Assembly: GCA_025361335.1 (NCBI GenBank)
Contig: JANYAK010000033.1
Span: 21,246 to 85,245 of the forward strand
From: Coriobacteriia bacterium
GTDB taxonomy: Bacteria > Actinomycetota > Coriobacteriia > Anaerosomatales > PALSA-660
Length of the DNA stretch: 64,000 bases
Reading direction: 5' to 3'
Part shown: piece by piece, positions 10,372 to 18,762 of the stretch
How positions within the stretch are numbered: position 1 is the first letter of the stretch
Layout of the letters: each line of letters opens with the position of its first letter
Notes under the pieces: model-generated
Database searches by the model: none
The model's input: the letters and a program-made list of their open reading frames with translations, nothing else
What the model was told of the DNA's origin: nothing
Program-made: the position numbers and the translations under genes

Positions 10372-10398
10372 GCGTGCTGGGCGTGCTGGGCGTGCTGG
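10372..10398. repeat. 9-bp tandem repeat x3 (gcgtgctgg) in the efp-pycB intergenic region
   Basis: gcgtgctgg gcgtgctgg gcgtgctgg, read directly. It is preceded by a cgccggg cgccggg duplication. Confidence 0.8.
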
Positions 10399-10421
10399 GA
10401 CGCAGCGGCGCCGACGTGGAC

Positions 10422-10982
10422 CTAGACGCGGGTCACGTAGTGGCCGTCGCGCGTGTCGATCCTCACTCGCTCACCCGCGTTGAGGAACATCGGCACCTGG
10501 ACGACCGCGCCGGTCTCCAAAGTCGCTTGCTTGGTGCCGCCTTGGACGGTGTCGCCCTTGAACCCCGGATCGGTCTCCGCGATCTCGAGCTCGACGAACA
10601 TGGGCGGCTCCACGCCCATCATCTCGCCTCCGGCTATGAGCACGGTGGCGACGTCGTTCTCCTTGAGCCACTTCGCGGCCTCGCCGACGAAATCGGCCTG
10701 AAGCTCGGTCTGCTCGTAGTTCTCCGTATCCATGAAGTGGTATGTCGATCCGTCTGAGTAGAGGAACTGGAGGTTCTTGGTCTCCATACGCACGTCCTCC
10801 ACCTTCTCCCCTGCCCGGAAGGTGATCTCGACGACCCGCCCGCTGCGGACCTCCTTGAGCTTGGTGCGCACGAACGCACCGCCCTTGCCGGGCTTCACGT
10901 GCTGGAACTCGACGATCGTCCACAGCTTGTTGTCGTACGAGATGCACATGCCGTTCTTGAAGTTGTTCGTCGTGACCGCCAT
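10422..10982 (-). CDS. efp: Elongation factor P
   Basis: 186 aa. 'TNNFKNGMCISYDNKLWTIVEFQHVKPGKGGAFVRTKLK' carries the conserved KPGKG loop. Confidence 0.96.
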   Translation of the reverse strand: MAVTTNNFKNGMCISYDNKLWTIVEFQHVKPGKGGAFVRTKLKEVRSGRVVEITFRAGEKVEDVRMETKNLQFLYSDGSTYHFMDTENYEQTELQADFVGEAAKWLKENDVATVLIAGGEMMGVEPPMFVELEIAETDPGFKGDTVQGGTKQATLETGAVVQVPMFLNAGERVRIDTRDGHYVTRV

Positions 10983-11054
10983 ACCGGTCCCCTTGCCTTT
11001 CCATCCGGGTCCCCGTCCGCGACCGGCTGCATGCCGACCCCGCCGGGCCTCGCC

Positions 11055-12146
11055 CTACTGGATCTCGATGAGCTCCTTCGGCGCGTGGGACAGCAAGCGA
11101 ACGCCGCCGTCCTCGACGAGCACGAGGTCCTCGATTCTAACACCGCCGAAGCCGGGCAGATACACGCCGGGCTCGATCGTGATCACGGAGCCGCTGCGGA
11201 CCGGCTCGCGGGAGAGCCTGCCCACGCCGGGCAACTCGTGCACCGCGAGGCCGAGCCCGTGGCCGAGACCGTGCCCGAAGCTCTCGGCAAGACCGGCGCG
11301 TCCGAGCAGGTCCCGTGCGATGGCGTCGATGTCGCACCCTGCCATCCCCGCCTTCGCACCGGCGATGCCCGCCTCGTTCGCCGCCAGAACCGCCTCGTAG
11401 ACGGTCCGGTGCCGGTCGCTCGCCACTCCCATGACGACCGTCCGCGTCATGTCGGCGCAATAGCCGGCCACCCGCGCTCCGAAGTCCATCATCAGGAACT
11501 CGCCCGCAGAGACCTCGCGCCGGGAGACGCCGGCATGCGGGCGGGCGCTGTTCGGACCGCCGGCCACGATGCTGTCGAACGCAACGCCCTCGGACCCGTT
11601 GCGCCGCATGAACGATTCCAGCTCGATTGCGACGTCGACCTCCCGGATGCCAGGACGCAGGAAAGCCAGGATATGGTCGAAGGCCCGGTCGGTCAGCCCC
11701 GCGGCCGCCTCGATCGCCTCTATCTCGACGGCCTCTTTCACCTGGCGCAGCCCTTCCACCCAGTGCTCGGAGGCCAGAACCCGGCCCTGGAACTGCTCGG
11801 AGATGAACTTGAACCGGCCATACGGCACGGAGGACTCGATCGCCAGGGTGCCCACGCCCTCGCTCATGAGCTGCGCGCAGATCTCCACGTACATCGAGTC
11901 CTTCTGGATGTGGACCGCCCACGGCGTGCCGGTGGCGGCCTCGCGCGCGGCCACCTCGTAGCGAGAGTCGGTGTAGAACCGCGCCACCTCGGCGCTCACC
12001 ACACACGCGGCGTTGACGCCTTCGTCAAAGACCCCTTCGAACCCGGTCAGATAGCGCATGTTGGCAGGGGTCGTGACGAGAGCGACCTCCGCGTCCTCTC
12101 CGGCGAGGCGCCGGCGCAGCGCCGCGAGCCTCTGGTCGGCCATCAT
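11055..12146 (-). CDS. pepP: Xaa-Pro aminopeptidase/dipeptidase (peptidase M24B)
   Basis: Track ORF is 392 aa. ATG at 12146 (M30) abuts the aroQ stop and gives 363 aa (MMADQRLAALRRRLAGEDAEVALVT...). Creatinase-like N-domain plus M24 motifs 'HGLGHGLGLAVHE', 'EPGVY' and 'GGVRIED'. Confidence 0.88.
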   Translation of the reverse strand: MMADQRLAALRRRLAGEDAEVALVTTPANMRYLTGFEGVFDEGVNAACVVSAEVARFYTDSRYEVAAREAATGTPWAVHIQKDSMYVEICAQLMSEGVGTLAIESSVPYGRFKFISEQFQGRVLASEHWVEGLRQVKEAVEIEAIEAAAGLTDRAFDHILAFLRPGIREVDVAIELESFMRRNGSEGVAFDSIVAGGPNSARPHAGVSRREVSAGEFLMMDFGARVAGYCADMTRTVVMGVASDRHRTVYEAVLAANEAGIAGAKAGMAGCDIDAIARDLLGRAGLAESFGHGLGHGLGLAVHELPGVGRLSREPVRSGSVITIEPGVYLPGFGGVRIEDLVLVEDGGVRLLSHAPKELIEIQ

Positions 12147-12589
12147 TGCCGCGAACCGCGCAGATGCTCGACGACCGCGTCCAAGCCCAGCAGGTACGAA
12201 CGCGGACCGAACCCCGATATCTGACCGACACACGCCGGGGCGATGACGCTCGTCCTGCGAAACACCTCGCGCGCCGCGATGTTCGTCAGGTGCACCTCGA
12301 CGACGGGCACCTCCGCAGCGGCCACTGCGTCGAGAAGGGCGTACGCGTAGTGCGCGTACGCGCCTGGATTGAACACCACGGCGTCGAACGTGCCCGACGC
12401 GCCGTGCAGAGCATCGATCAACTCCCCTTCGTGGTTCGACTGGCGCAGGGACACCTCGACACCCAGTTCGCCAGCTCGCCGCGCCACCATGGACTCGATA
12501 TCCGCGAGCGTGGCGCTGCCGTACACGCCCGGCTCCCGCCGGCCGAGCAAGTCGAGATTCGGACCGTTGAGTACGAGTACTCTGATCAT
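12143..12589 (-). CDS. aroQ: 3-dehydroquinate dehydratase, type II
   Basis: Motifs 'MIRVLVLNGPNLDLLGRREPGVYG' and 'QSNHEGELID'. ATG at 12589 has GGAGG 8 nt upstream. The track start (12619) would overlap aroB. Confidence 0.92.
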   Translation of the reverse strand: MIRVLVLNGPNLDLLGRREPGVYGSATLADIESMVARRAGELGVEVSLRQSNHEGELIDALHGASGTFDAVVFNPGAYAHYAYALLDAVAAAEVPVVEVHLTNIAAREVFRRTSVIAPACVGQISGFGPRSYLLGLDAVVEHLRGSRQ

Positions 12590-12608
12590 CGTCGCGCCTC
12601 CATGTCGC

Positions 12609-13700
12609 TCACGCGCCACACCATGCGGACAGCCCGTCGGACAGATCCTTGTCCGACACCGGGCGCACCTGCCAGATCCCCGGTTCCGTGCACATCACGA
12701 AGCGTACCGTGCCCGCCTTCACCTTCTTGTCCGAGTGCATGGCCGCCAGCAGCGCCGCGGCCGGATACGCACAGGGGCGATGCGGAGATCCAAGACTGGT
12801 CAGCAGCCCGTCCTGCCGGTGGCTCCATGCCGGGTCCGCGCCAGCGACCCGTTCCGCCAGCATCGCCGCGAACCGGATGCCTTCCGCGACGGCCGCGCCG
12901 TGCGGTATGACACCGTACCCCGCGACCCGTTCGAGCGCGTGGCCCAGGGTGTGCCCGTAGTTGAGGGATTCTCGCTCCCCCCCCTCGCGCTCGTCCGACG
13001 ACACGATCCCGGCCTTGAAGGCGACGGCCATCAGCACCGCCCGATCCACGGCGTCGGCCGCGCGCGTCATCAAAGCCCGCGCATCGGCTTCGAGCATCGA
13101 CACGGCGGAGGGGCCGTCCAGGACGGCCGCCTTGGCCACCTCGGCCATTCCGCTGCTCCACTCGACGTCGGGAAGGGTCGCCAGACACGACGTGTCGGCT
13201 ATGACCCCGACGGGGGGCCAGAACGCCCCGACCAGGTTCTTGCCCGCCGGCAGGTCGACCGCCGTCTTGCCGCCGATCGCACTGTCCACCTGGGCGAGCA
13301 GGGTCGTCGGCACCTGCGCCACCCGGAGCCCGCGCATGTAGGTCGCCGCGCAGAAGCCGGCCATGTCGCCCACGACGCCGCCCCCGAGCGCCACCACGGC
13401 GTCGTCGCGAGTCAGCCGCGCGCCCGCGAACGCGTCGAGCACGGCTCCCGCACGCTCCCATGACTTCGACCCCTCGCCGGGGGGAATGACGACGCGGTGC
13501 ACTCGCACGCCCGCGGCTTCGAGTCCGGCGACGGCCCGGTCGCCGTAGAGTGCGGCCACGTTCGAGTCGGTCACGAGGGCGACCGCGTCTCCGGGCATCA
13601 GGCGTCGGACGATCGCGCCCGAAGCATCGAGCAGCCCCGGGCCCACGAGAACCTCGTATGCTCCGGCGGCCGCCTCCACGATGAACGTGCGCCCGCTCAT
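12609..13700 (-). CDS. aroB: 3-dehydroquinate synthase
   Basis: 363 aa. Motifs 'ALGGGVVGDMAGFCAATYMRG', 'DSAIGGKT' and 'LNYGHTLGHALE'. Confidence 0.94.
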   Translation of the reverse strand: MSGRTFIVEAAAGAYEVLVGPGLLDASGAIVRRLMPGDAVALVTDSNVAALYGDRAVAGLEAAGVRVHRVVIPPGEGSKSWERAGAVLDAFAGARLTRDDAVVALGGGVVGDMAGFCAATYMRGLRVAQVPTTLLAQVDSAIGGKTAVDLPAGKNLVGAFWPPVGVIADTSCLATLPDVEWSSGMAEVAKAAVLDGPSAVSMLEADARALMTRAADAVDRAVLMAVAFKAGIVSSDEREGGERESLNYGHTLGHALERVAGYGVIPHGAAVAEGIRFAAMLAERVAGADPAWSHRQDGLLTSLGSPHRPCAYPAAALLAAMHSDKKVKAGTVRFVMCTEPGIWQVRPVSDKDLSDGLSAWCGA

Positions 13701-14218
13701 GCCGCAGCGCCTCCGCTCGCGCGCACGACGTCGTCCACGACATCGGAGATCGATCGCCCGTCGGTGGGAACGATGATGTCCGCGGCGGCTTCATAGAGAG
13801 CCTCCCGCGATCGCAGGAGGCTCGCCGCCGCCGCCGGAACCGCTCCGGCGAGCAGGGGCCGGCCCTGCGCCCCCCCGATCCGCCGCAGCGCGTCCTCGGC
13901 GCCGACTTGCAGGTACACGACCGTGCCCAGGCGCCTCAGCTCGACGCGGTTGACGGCTTCGAGGACCACTCCGCCACCGCAGGCGATCACCGAGGGCGCC
14001 ACATCTTCCAGCGTCAGCAAGGCCGCGGACTCCAGACGGCGGAATCCCCCCTCCCCGTCCTCCTCGAAGATGCGGGTCACAGGGCGACCACCCGCTTTCT
14101 CGATCAACTCGTCGAGGTCCAGGAAGCGGAGCCCCAGGCGGTCGGCGACCGCACGCCCGACCGTGGACTTCCCGGCTCCCATGAACCCTATGAGGAGGAT
14201 GTGGCTCACGGCCGTCAC
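13697..14218 (-). CDS. aroK: Shikimate kinase
   Basis: 173 aa. Walker A 'LIGFMGAGKSTVGR' and 'CGGGVV'. 4-nt overlaps with both aroC and aroB. Confidence 0.93.
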   Translation of the reverse strand: MTAVSHILLIGFMGAGKSTVGRAVADRLGLRFLDLDELIEKAGGRPVTRIFEEDGEGGFRRLESAALLTLEDVAPSVIACGGGVVLEAVNRVELRRLGTVVYLQVGAEDALRRIGGAQGRPLLAGAVPAAAASLLRSREALYEAAADIIVPTDGRSISDVVDDVVRASGGAAA

Positions 14219-15372
14219 CCGACCTCACGCGCTATGCGTCGGCGATAGGCGGACAGCGCCTCGAGGATATCTCCAAGGCTATCGGCGCCGAACTTGCGGC
14301 AGTAAGCGTCCGCGAGGACTAGGGCGACCTCAGCCTCGGCCACCACCGCGGCGGCGGGAACCGCGCACACGTCGGACCGTTCTCGCGAGGCGTCGATGGC
14401 CGCGTGCGTCTCCATGTCGACGGTTCGCAGCGGGACCATCAGAGTCGGGATCGGCTTCATCGCGGCTCGCACCAGTACGATCTCGCCGTTGGTCATCCCT
14501 CCTTCGATCCCGCCGGCATGGTTGCTGGCGCGCGCGAATCCCACGCCCTCCGCCCACACGATGGGGTCGTGCACCTTCGAGCCCGGAAGCGCCGCCGACG
14601 CGGCGCCGTCGCCGATCTCCACGCTCTTGATGGCGGGGATGGACATGACGGCCGCCGCCAGGCGTGCGTCGAGCCGATCGCCTGCGCTCGCGTAGCCTCC
14701 CAGCCCCGGCACCGCACCCTCGACGGCGACCACGATGACGCCACCGAGACTCTCGCCCGCCTCACGTGCCCCGTCGATCGCGGCCCGCATCTGTGCGGCG
14801 ACCTCTTCGTCGGAGCATCTGACGTCCGAGGCCTCGACATCGTCCGCGTCCACTTGAGCCGGGGACAGAGGGCCTGTCGTGACCGGGCCGATGCGCTCGA
14901 CCCACGATCGGACGCTGACGCCCACGGCGTTCAGCAGTGACTTCGCCACGGCCCCCGCCGCGACGCGAGCGGCGGTCTCCCGCGCGCTCGCGCGCTCCAG
15001 TACGTCCCTCGCGTCGGTCGCCCCGGTCTTTTGGCAACCTGCCAGATCAGCGTGTCCCGGACGAGGCGCGGTGACCGCCCTGCCTGTTGCGGGGGTGCCG
15101 AACGCGCACATGACGTCCGACCAGTTCTCCCAGTCGCGGTTCGCGATCGTGCAGCAGACCGGGGCGCCGGTGGTGACGCCGCCCCGCACCCCCGCTATCA
15201 CCAGGGCCGTGTCCGCCTCGATCGCCATCCGGCCCCCCCGACCGTATCCGACCTGACGCCTCGCCAGGTCGCGATCGAAGTCCTCCTGCGTGAGACGCAC
15301 GCCGGCGGGCACCCCCGACACGATGGCCACGAGCTCCCTGCCGTGTGACTCCCCTGCGGTGTGATGGTCCAT
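14215..15372 (-). CDS. aroC: Chorismate synthase
   Basis: 385 aa. Motifs 'TAGESHG', 'RPGHADL', 'RASARETAARVAAGA' and 'ERSDVCAVPAAAVV'. Confidence 0.94.
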   Translation of the reverse strand: MDHHTAGESHGRELVAIVSGVPAGVRLTQEDFDRDLARRQVGYGRGGRMAIEADTALVIAGVRGGVTTGAPVCCTIANRDWENWSDVMCAFGTPATGRAVTAPRPGHADLAGCQKTGATDARDVLERASARETAARVAAGAVAKSLLNAVGVSVRSWVERIGPVTTGPLSPAQVDADDVEASDVRCSDEEVAAQMRAAIDGAREAGESLGGVIVVAVEGAVPGLGGYASAGDRLDARLAAAVMSIPAIKSVEIGDGAASAALPGSKVHDPIVWAEGVGFARASNHAGGIEGGMTNGEIVLVRAAMKPIPTLMVPLRTVDMETHAAIDASRERSDVCAVPAAAVVAEAEVALVLADAYCRKFGADSLGDILEALSAYRRRIAREVG

Positions 15373-15427
15373 GAGCGCCTCCCCATCCGCGCCGACACGC
15401 CCGATTCTACCATCGCCCCCGCTACAT

Positions 15428-15459
15428 CAAGAGGCGGTCCGCGAAAGGACCGCCTCTTG
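15428..15459 (-). terminator. Strong GC-rich hairpin between the last pilus gene and aroC (candidate intrinsic terminator, no U-tract)
   Basis: Plus strand reads caagaggcggtcc-gcgaaa-ggaccgcctcttg. That is a 13-bp perfect stem with a 6-nt loop, 32 nt downstream of the stop at 15491. Confidence 0.5.
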
Positions 15460-15490
15460 GACGGGGCGAGCTCACCCAGCTCACCCGGCG

Positions 15491-16096
15491 CTACTTCGTC
15501 TGGACTCCCTGCCCCACGGTGAGCACGATCTGCGTGTCCCCGAAGAGCATGGTCGCACTGCTGGTGCCTACGGTGACGACCTGCCACGACGTGTCGCCCA
15601 AGCGCTCGCCGTCTCCGACCGTGTAGGTCACACCGTTGAACCTGAACACGCCCTTGCGGACGCCGTTTTCGTTGATGATCTCCACGAGCGTGAGCGTGTC
15701 GGCCTCCTCGGACGCCTCGACCCCGGCCGTCGCCAGCGCGCTCACCGGTATGACGACCCGCTGGAACGGATCCCTCGGCGTGAAGACCTCGCGGTTGTCG
15801 ACCGGCGGGACCGCCGGGGCGAGCGCCGTCACTTTACCTGACGGCTTGGGCGACGTCCCGGGCACGGCTGGATTGACGCCCCCGGTCTCGGAGCTCGACC
15901 CCCCGAGAAGTGTTCCCATCGCGATGAGCGCGACCGCTGCCACGATGACGGCGAGGACTGCCAGAGCGCCTCCGATGACCACGACCCTGCCCGCCGTCGT
16001 GGCGAGGAACGCCTTCAGGCCCGTGGCGGAGCTGCCCGCCGGCGCGCCGGGGACCGGCGTCGCGTCCACACCCTGAGATGCTGTTCCGTCCGACAC
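15491..16096 (-). CDS. Single-pass membrane protein, putative PilP-like pilus assembly component
   Basis: 201 aa. Contains a TM helix 'VVVIGGALAVLAVIVAAVALIAM', a Pro/Gly-rich linker and the motif 'FTPRDPF'. A ~90-aa beta-rich C-terminal domain follows. It lies directly after pilO, in the PilP position of pilMNOP. Confidence 0.45.
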   Translation of the reverse strand: MSDGTASQGVDATPVPGAPAGSSATGLKAFLATTAGRVVVIGGALAVLAVIVAAVALIAMGTLLGGSSSETGGVNPAVPGTSPKPSGKVTALAPAVPPVDNREVFTPRDPFQRVVIPVSALATAGVEASEEADTLTLVEIINENGVRKGVFRFNGVTYTVGDGERLGDTSWQVVTVGTSSATMLFGDTQIVLTVGQGVQTK

Positions 16097-16112
16097 GGCT
16101 GTCCCTCCTTCG

Positions 16113-16700
16113 CTACGGGGTCGTCGGCGCCGCGGCGGCGCTCGGTGTCATGACGTAGGCGCGCATGCTGACGTTGGCCAACACGTACGGCACTTCGGTC
16201 GACGTCGGCGACACTGACGCCTCCGGCGCCAGCGCGACGTCCGTGACCCTGATGACGCGCGTCATCCGATCCAGGCGTCCCAGATAGTCGAGGATGTCGG
16301 GCCACTGCCCTCGCAGGACCACGGCCAGCGGGATCTCGCTGTACTGACCGCTCGCGGCGGACACGGGCACACCGGGCGTCACGCTGTTGAACCTGAGGCC
16401 GGCCGCGTTCGAGACATCCTGCAGCTCGATGATCACCGACGGCAGCTCGGGGTTCTCCGGGAACTGGTTGGCGAGCCGGAGGAGCTCGGCCTGCGTCAGA
16501 GCCGCCGTCGACTTGGCCTGCTCCAGCTGCGCGAGCAGCGTCTTGGACTGCTCGACTTGCTGGAGCACCGTCTGCCGATCGCTCTCGACCAGTCCGAGCT
16601 CGCCGAGCTTCGGAAGGATGAGAAGGACCGCCGCGGCGATCACGGCGATCACCATGAGCGCGATGGCGGCCAGCAGCTTCTGCCTCGACGTGATCTTCAT
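16113..16700 (-). CDS. pilO: Type IV pilus assembly protein PilO
   Basis: 195 aa. N-terminal TM 'LLAAIALMVIAVIAAAVLLIL', then a coiled coil and a C-terminal alpha/beta domain. It follows pilN. Confidence 0.75.
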   Translation of the reverse strand: MKITSRQKLLAAIALMVIAVIAAAVLLILPKLGELGLVESDRQTVLQQVEQSKTLLAQLEQAKSTAALTQAELLRLANQFPENPELPSVIIELQDVSNAAGLRFNSVTPGVPVSAASGQYSEIPLAVVLRGQWPDILDYLGRLDRMTRVIRVTDVALAPEASVSPTSTEVPYVLANVSMRAYVMTPSAAAAPTTP

Positions 16701-16725
16701 CCGAGTGGCCTCTTCATCGTGTCAC

Positions 16726-17418
16726 TCATGGCTGCGTCGCTCCTGAGGAGACGGGCGTAGGCACGAGCGTGGAGGTCGTGCTGTTGATGTCGGCGGCGAC
16801 GGTGAAGGTGATGAACACGCTGTCGGCCGAAGGGGCGGTACCCTCGGGAACGAGCGGCGGCTTCACCGAGCTGGAGAGCCAGACGTTGTCGAGCTGATCG
16901 AGGCCCGCCAGCCGCACGAGGAGCTTGGCGATCGACCGGTACCCCAAGTCGGGCACGTCATTCGGAACGTCCAGGGCACGACCGTCCATCGTCAGTTTGC
17001 CCGGCACCGCCGGGCCGGCCGCGGCACCGGCGCCCGCGCCGCCGGCCACCTTGGGCTCGACGGTCCCGACGCGGATCAGATAGATGTCGGTCGGCAAGAT
17101 GAGCGCCACCTCGCTGAGCAGCCTGGGCCAGTCGACGCGACCCGCGATCGCCGAGAGGGCGATCGCGCGGCGGTTGGCCAGATCGGTCCGCTTCGCCTGG
17201 AACACCTGGAAGCGCTCGGTCTGCTGCTTGACGCCTTCCGCCGTCTGCTTCACGGCGGCTACCTCGTTCTGCTTCAACGACACCTCGAACTGCAGGATGA
17301 GGAACGTCCCGATGAGCGCCACCGCGAGGACGCCCGCCGCGAGGCCGACCCACCGCCAGCGGCCCTCGTCTTTGCGCTTCTCGATGATCTCCGGGGGGAG
17401 GAGGTTGATGCGTATCAC
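16726..17418 (-). CDS. pilN: Type IV pilus assembly protein PilN
   Basis: Track ORF is 262 aa. GTG at 17418 (V33) overlaps the pilM stop (GTGA). It gives 230 aa starting VIRINLLPPEIIEKRK, which contains the canonical INLLP motif, followed by a TM helix. Confidence 0.8.
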   Translation of the reverse strand: MIRINLLPPEIIEKRKDEGRWRWVGLAAGVLAVALIGTFLILQFEVSLKQNEVAAVKQTAEGVKQQTERFQVFQAKRTDLANRRAIALSAIAGRVDWPRLLSEVALILPTDIYLIRVGTVEPKVAGGAGAGAAAGPAVPGKLTMDGRALDVPNDVPDLGYRSIAKLLVRLAGLDQLDNVWLSSSVKPPLVPEGTAPSADSVFITFTVAADINSTTSTLVPTPVSSGATQP

Positions 17419-18605
17419 GTCATCACGCTCCCCAGAGCGAGGCCGATCGCCGCCACAGAGCCCATCCTGTCCGCCTCGGCGATCTGCGCGCATTGCGGCG
17501 AAACCGTCATCCACGAGAGCGGATCCGTAAGGCGGACCTCAGCCTGCAGCCCCTTCTCAAGATAGCTCGCGAGGAAGTTGAGCTGGGCACCGCTACCGGT
17601 GAGGAGGATCTTGCGGATGGTCCGGACCTGTGTCGCCTGAGTGAGGTAGTAGTCCAGCGACCGACGGACCTCGGCGATGAACTTGCTGACCTCCCGCTCG
17701 AGCGCGTCTTGAGCCGCAGCCCCGCGGGCCGGATCGATGTCTGGCGGGAACTCCGTCTGACCTGCGCGATCGATGTCGGGCAAGCCTATCCGGACTTTCA
17801 GGTTCTCCGCCTCGTCGAACGTGAGGTTGAGAGTGTTGGCGATGGCTTGGGTGAACTGATTGCCGGCGAGGGCGGACACGCGAGTGAAGCGGGGCACGCC
17901 CTTCTCCACCACCGCGATGTTGGTGAGACCCGATGATATGTGGATGATGCCGGTCGCCTCACCGGCCTCCTCGCCCTCATCGGGCAGGACGCTCGTCGGC
18001 CCCATCAAAGCGCGGACCATGGCGAACGCCGTCACGTCGATCTGCTGCAGCCTGAGCCCCGAGTCCTCCACGGCACGTACGGCGTTGCCCACCATGTCGC
18101 GCTGCGCGGCGACGAGGAGCACCTCCATCATGTGCTCGTCGGCGTTGGTCATGTAGTCCCCGATGATCTGGAAGTCGAGGATGGCGTCCTCGATGGGGAT
18201 GGGGATGTAGTCCTGCGCCTGGTACTGGATGGCCCCATGCAGCTCGGCGCGCTCCATGTACGGCAGGTCGATGAGGCGGACGACGACCTTCTGGTTCGAG
18301 ACCCCGATCGCGCAGTCCCTTGGATGCAGCCCCGAAGTCCGCACGAGTTCGCGGATGGAGGCGGCGACCGCCTCGACGTCCACGATCTCACCCTCGACGA
18401 CAGCACCCATCGGCACGCCGACGAGCCCGTAGCCTGTCAGTTGGAAGGAGCCTCCGGATGCTTTGACCTGGGCGACGCGGATGTGGTCGGTCCCTATGTC
18501 GAGCCCGACCACGGCCGGATTACCGCCGAGGGAGAACGAGGCCACTGGGGTCCCCCACTTCACTGCTGCGACCAGTCTGCGACTACTGCTGCTGTACTCA
18601 GGCAC
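17415..18605 (-). CDS. pilM: Type IV pilus assembly ATPase-fold protein PilM
   Basis: 396 aa from GTG 18605. An alternative GTG at 18545 gives VASFSLGGNPAVVGLDIGTDHIRVAQV. Actin-like motifs 'VGLDIGTDHIRV' and 'ILLTGSGAQL'. Confidence 0.85.
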   Translation of the reverse strand: MPEYSSSSRRLVAAVKWGTPVASFSLGGNPAVVGLDIGTDHIRVAQVKASGGSFQLTGYGLVGVPMGAVVEGEIVDVEAVAASIRELVRTSGLHPRDCAIGVSNQKVVVRLIDLPYMERAELHGAIQYQAQDYIPIPIEDAILDFQIIGDYMTNADEHMMEVLLVAAQRDMVGNAVRAVEDSGLRLQQIDVTAFAMVRALMGPTSVLPDEGEEAGEATGIIHISSGLTNIAVVEKGVPRFTRVSALAGNQFTQAIANTLNLTFDEAENLKVRIGLPDIDRAGQTEFPPDIDPARGAAAQDALEREVSKFIAEVRRSLDYYLTQATQVRTIRKILLTGSGAQLNFLASYLEKGLQAEVRLTDPLSWMTVSPQCAQIAEADRMGSVAAIGLALGSVMT

Positions 18606-18762
18606 ATGCTAGCACACCGGATGATCCCGGCTCGTGCCCAAGTCTCGAACCCCGATTCCGACGTGAATGTATCGCTCACGCGTGCGATTTGCAACATTGG
18701 CGGCCTCCGCGCCGCGCGCCGCGCCCCGCTGGCGCCGCGCGCGAGCCGTCTCAGATGATGGG

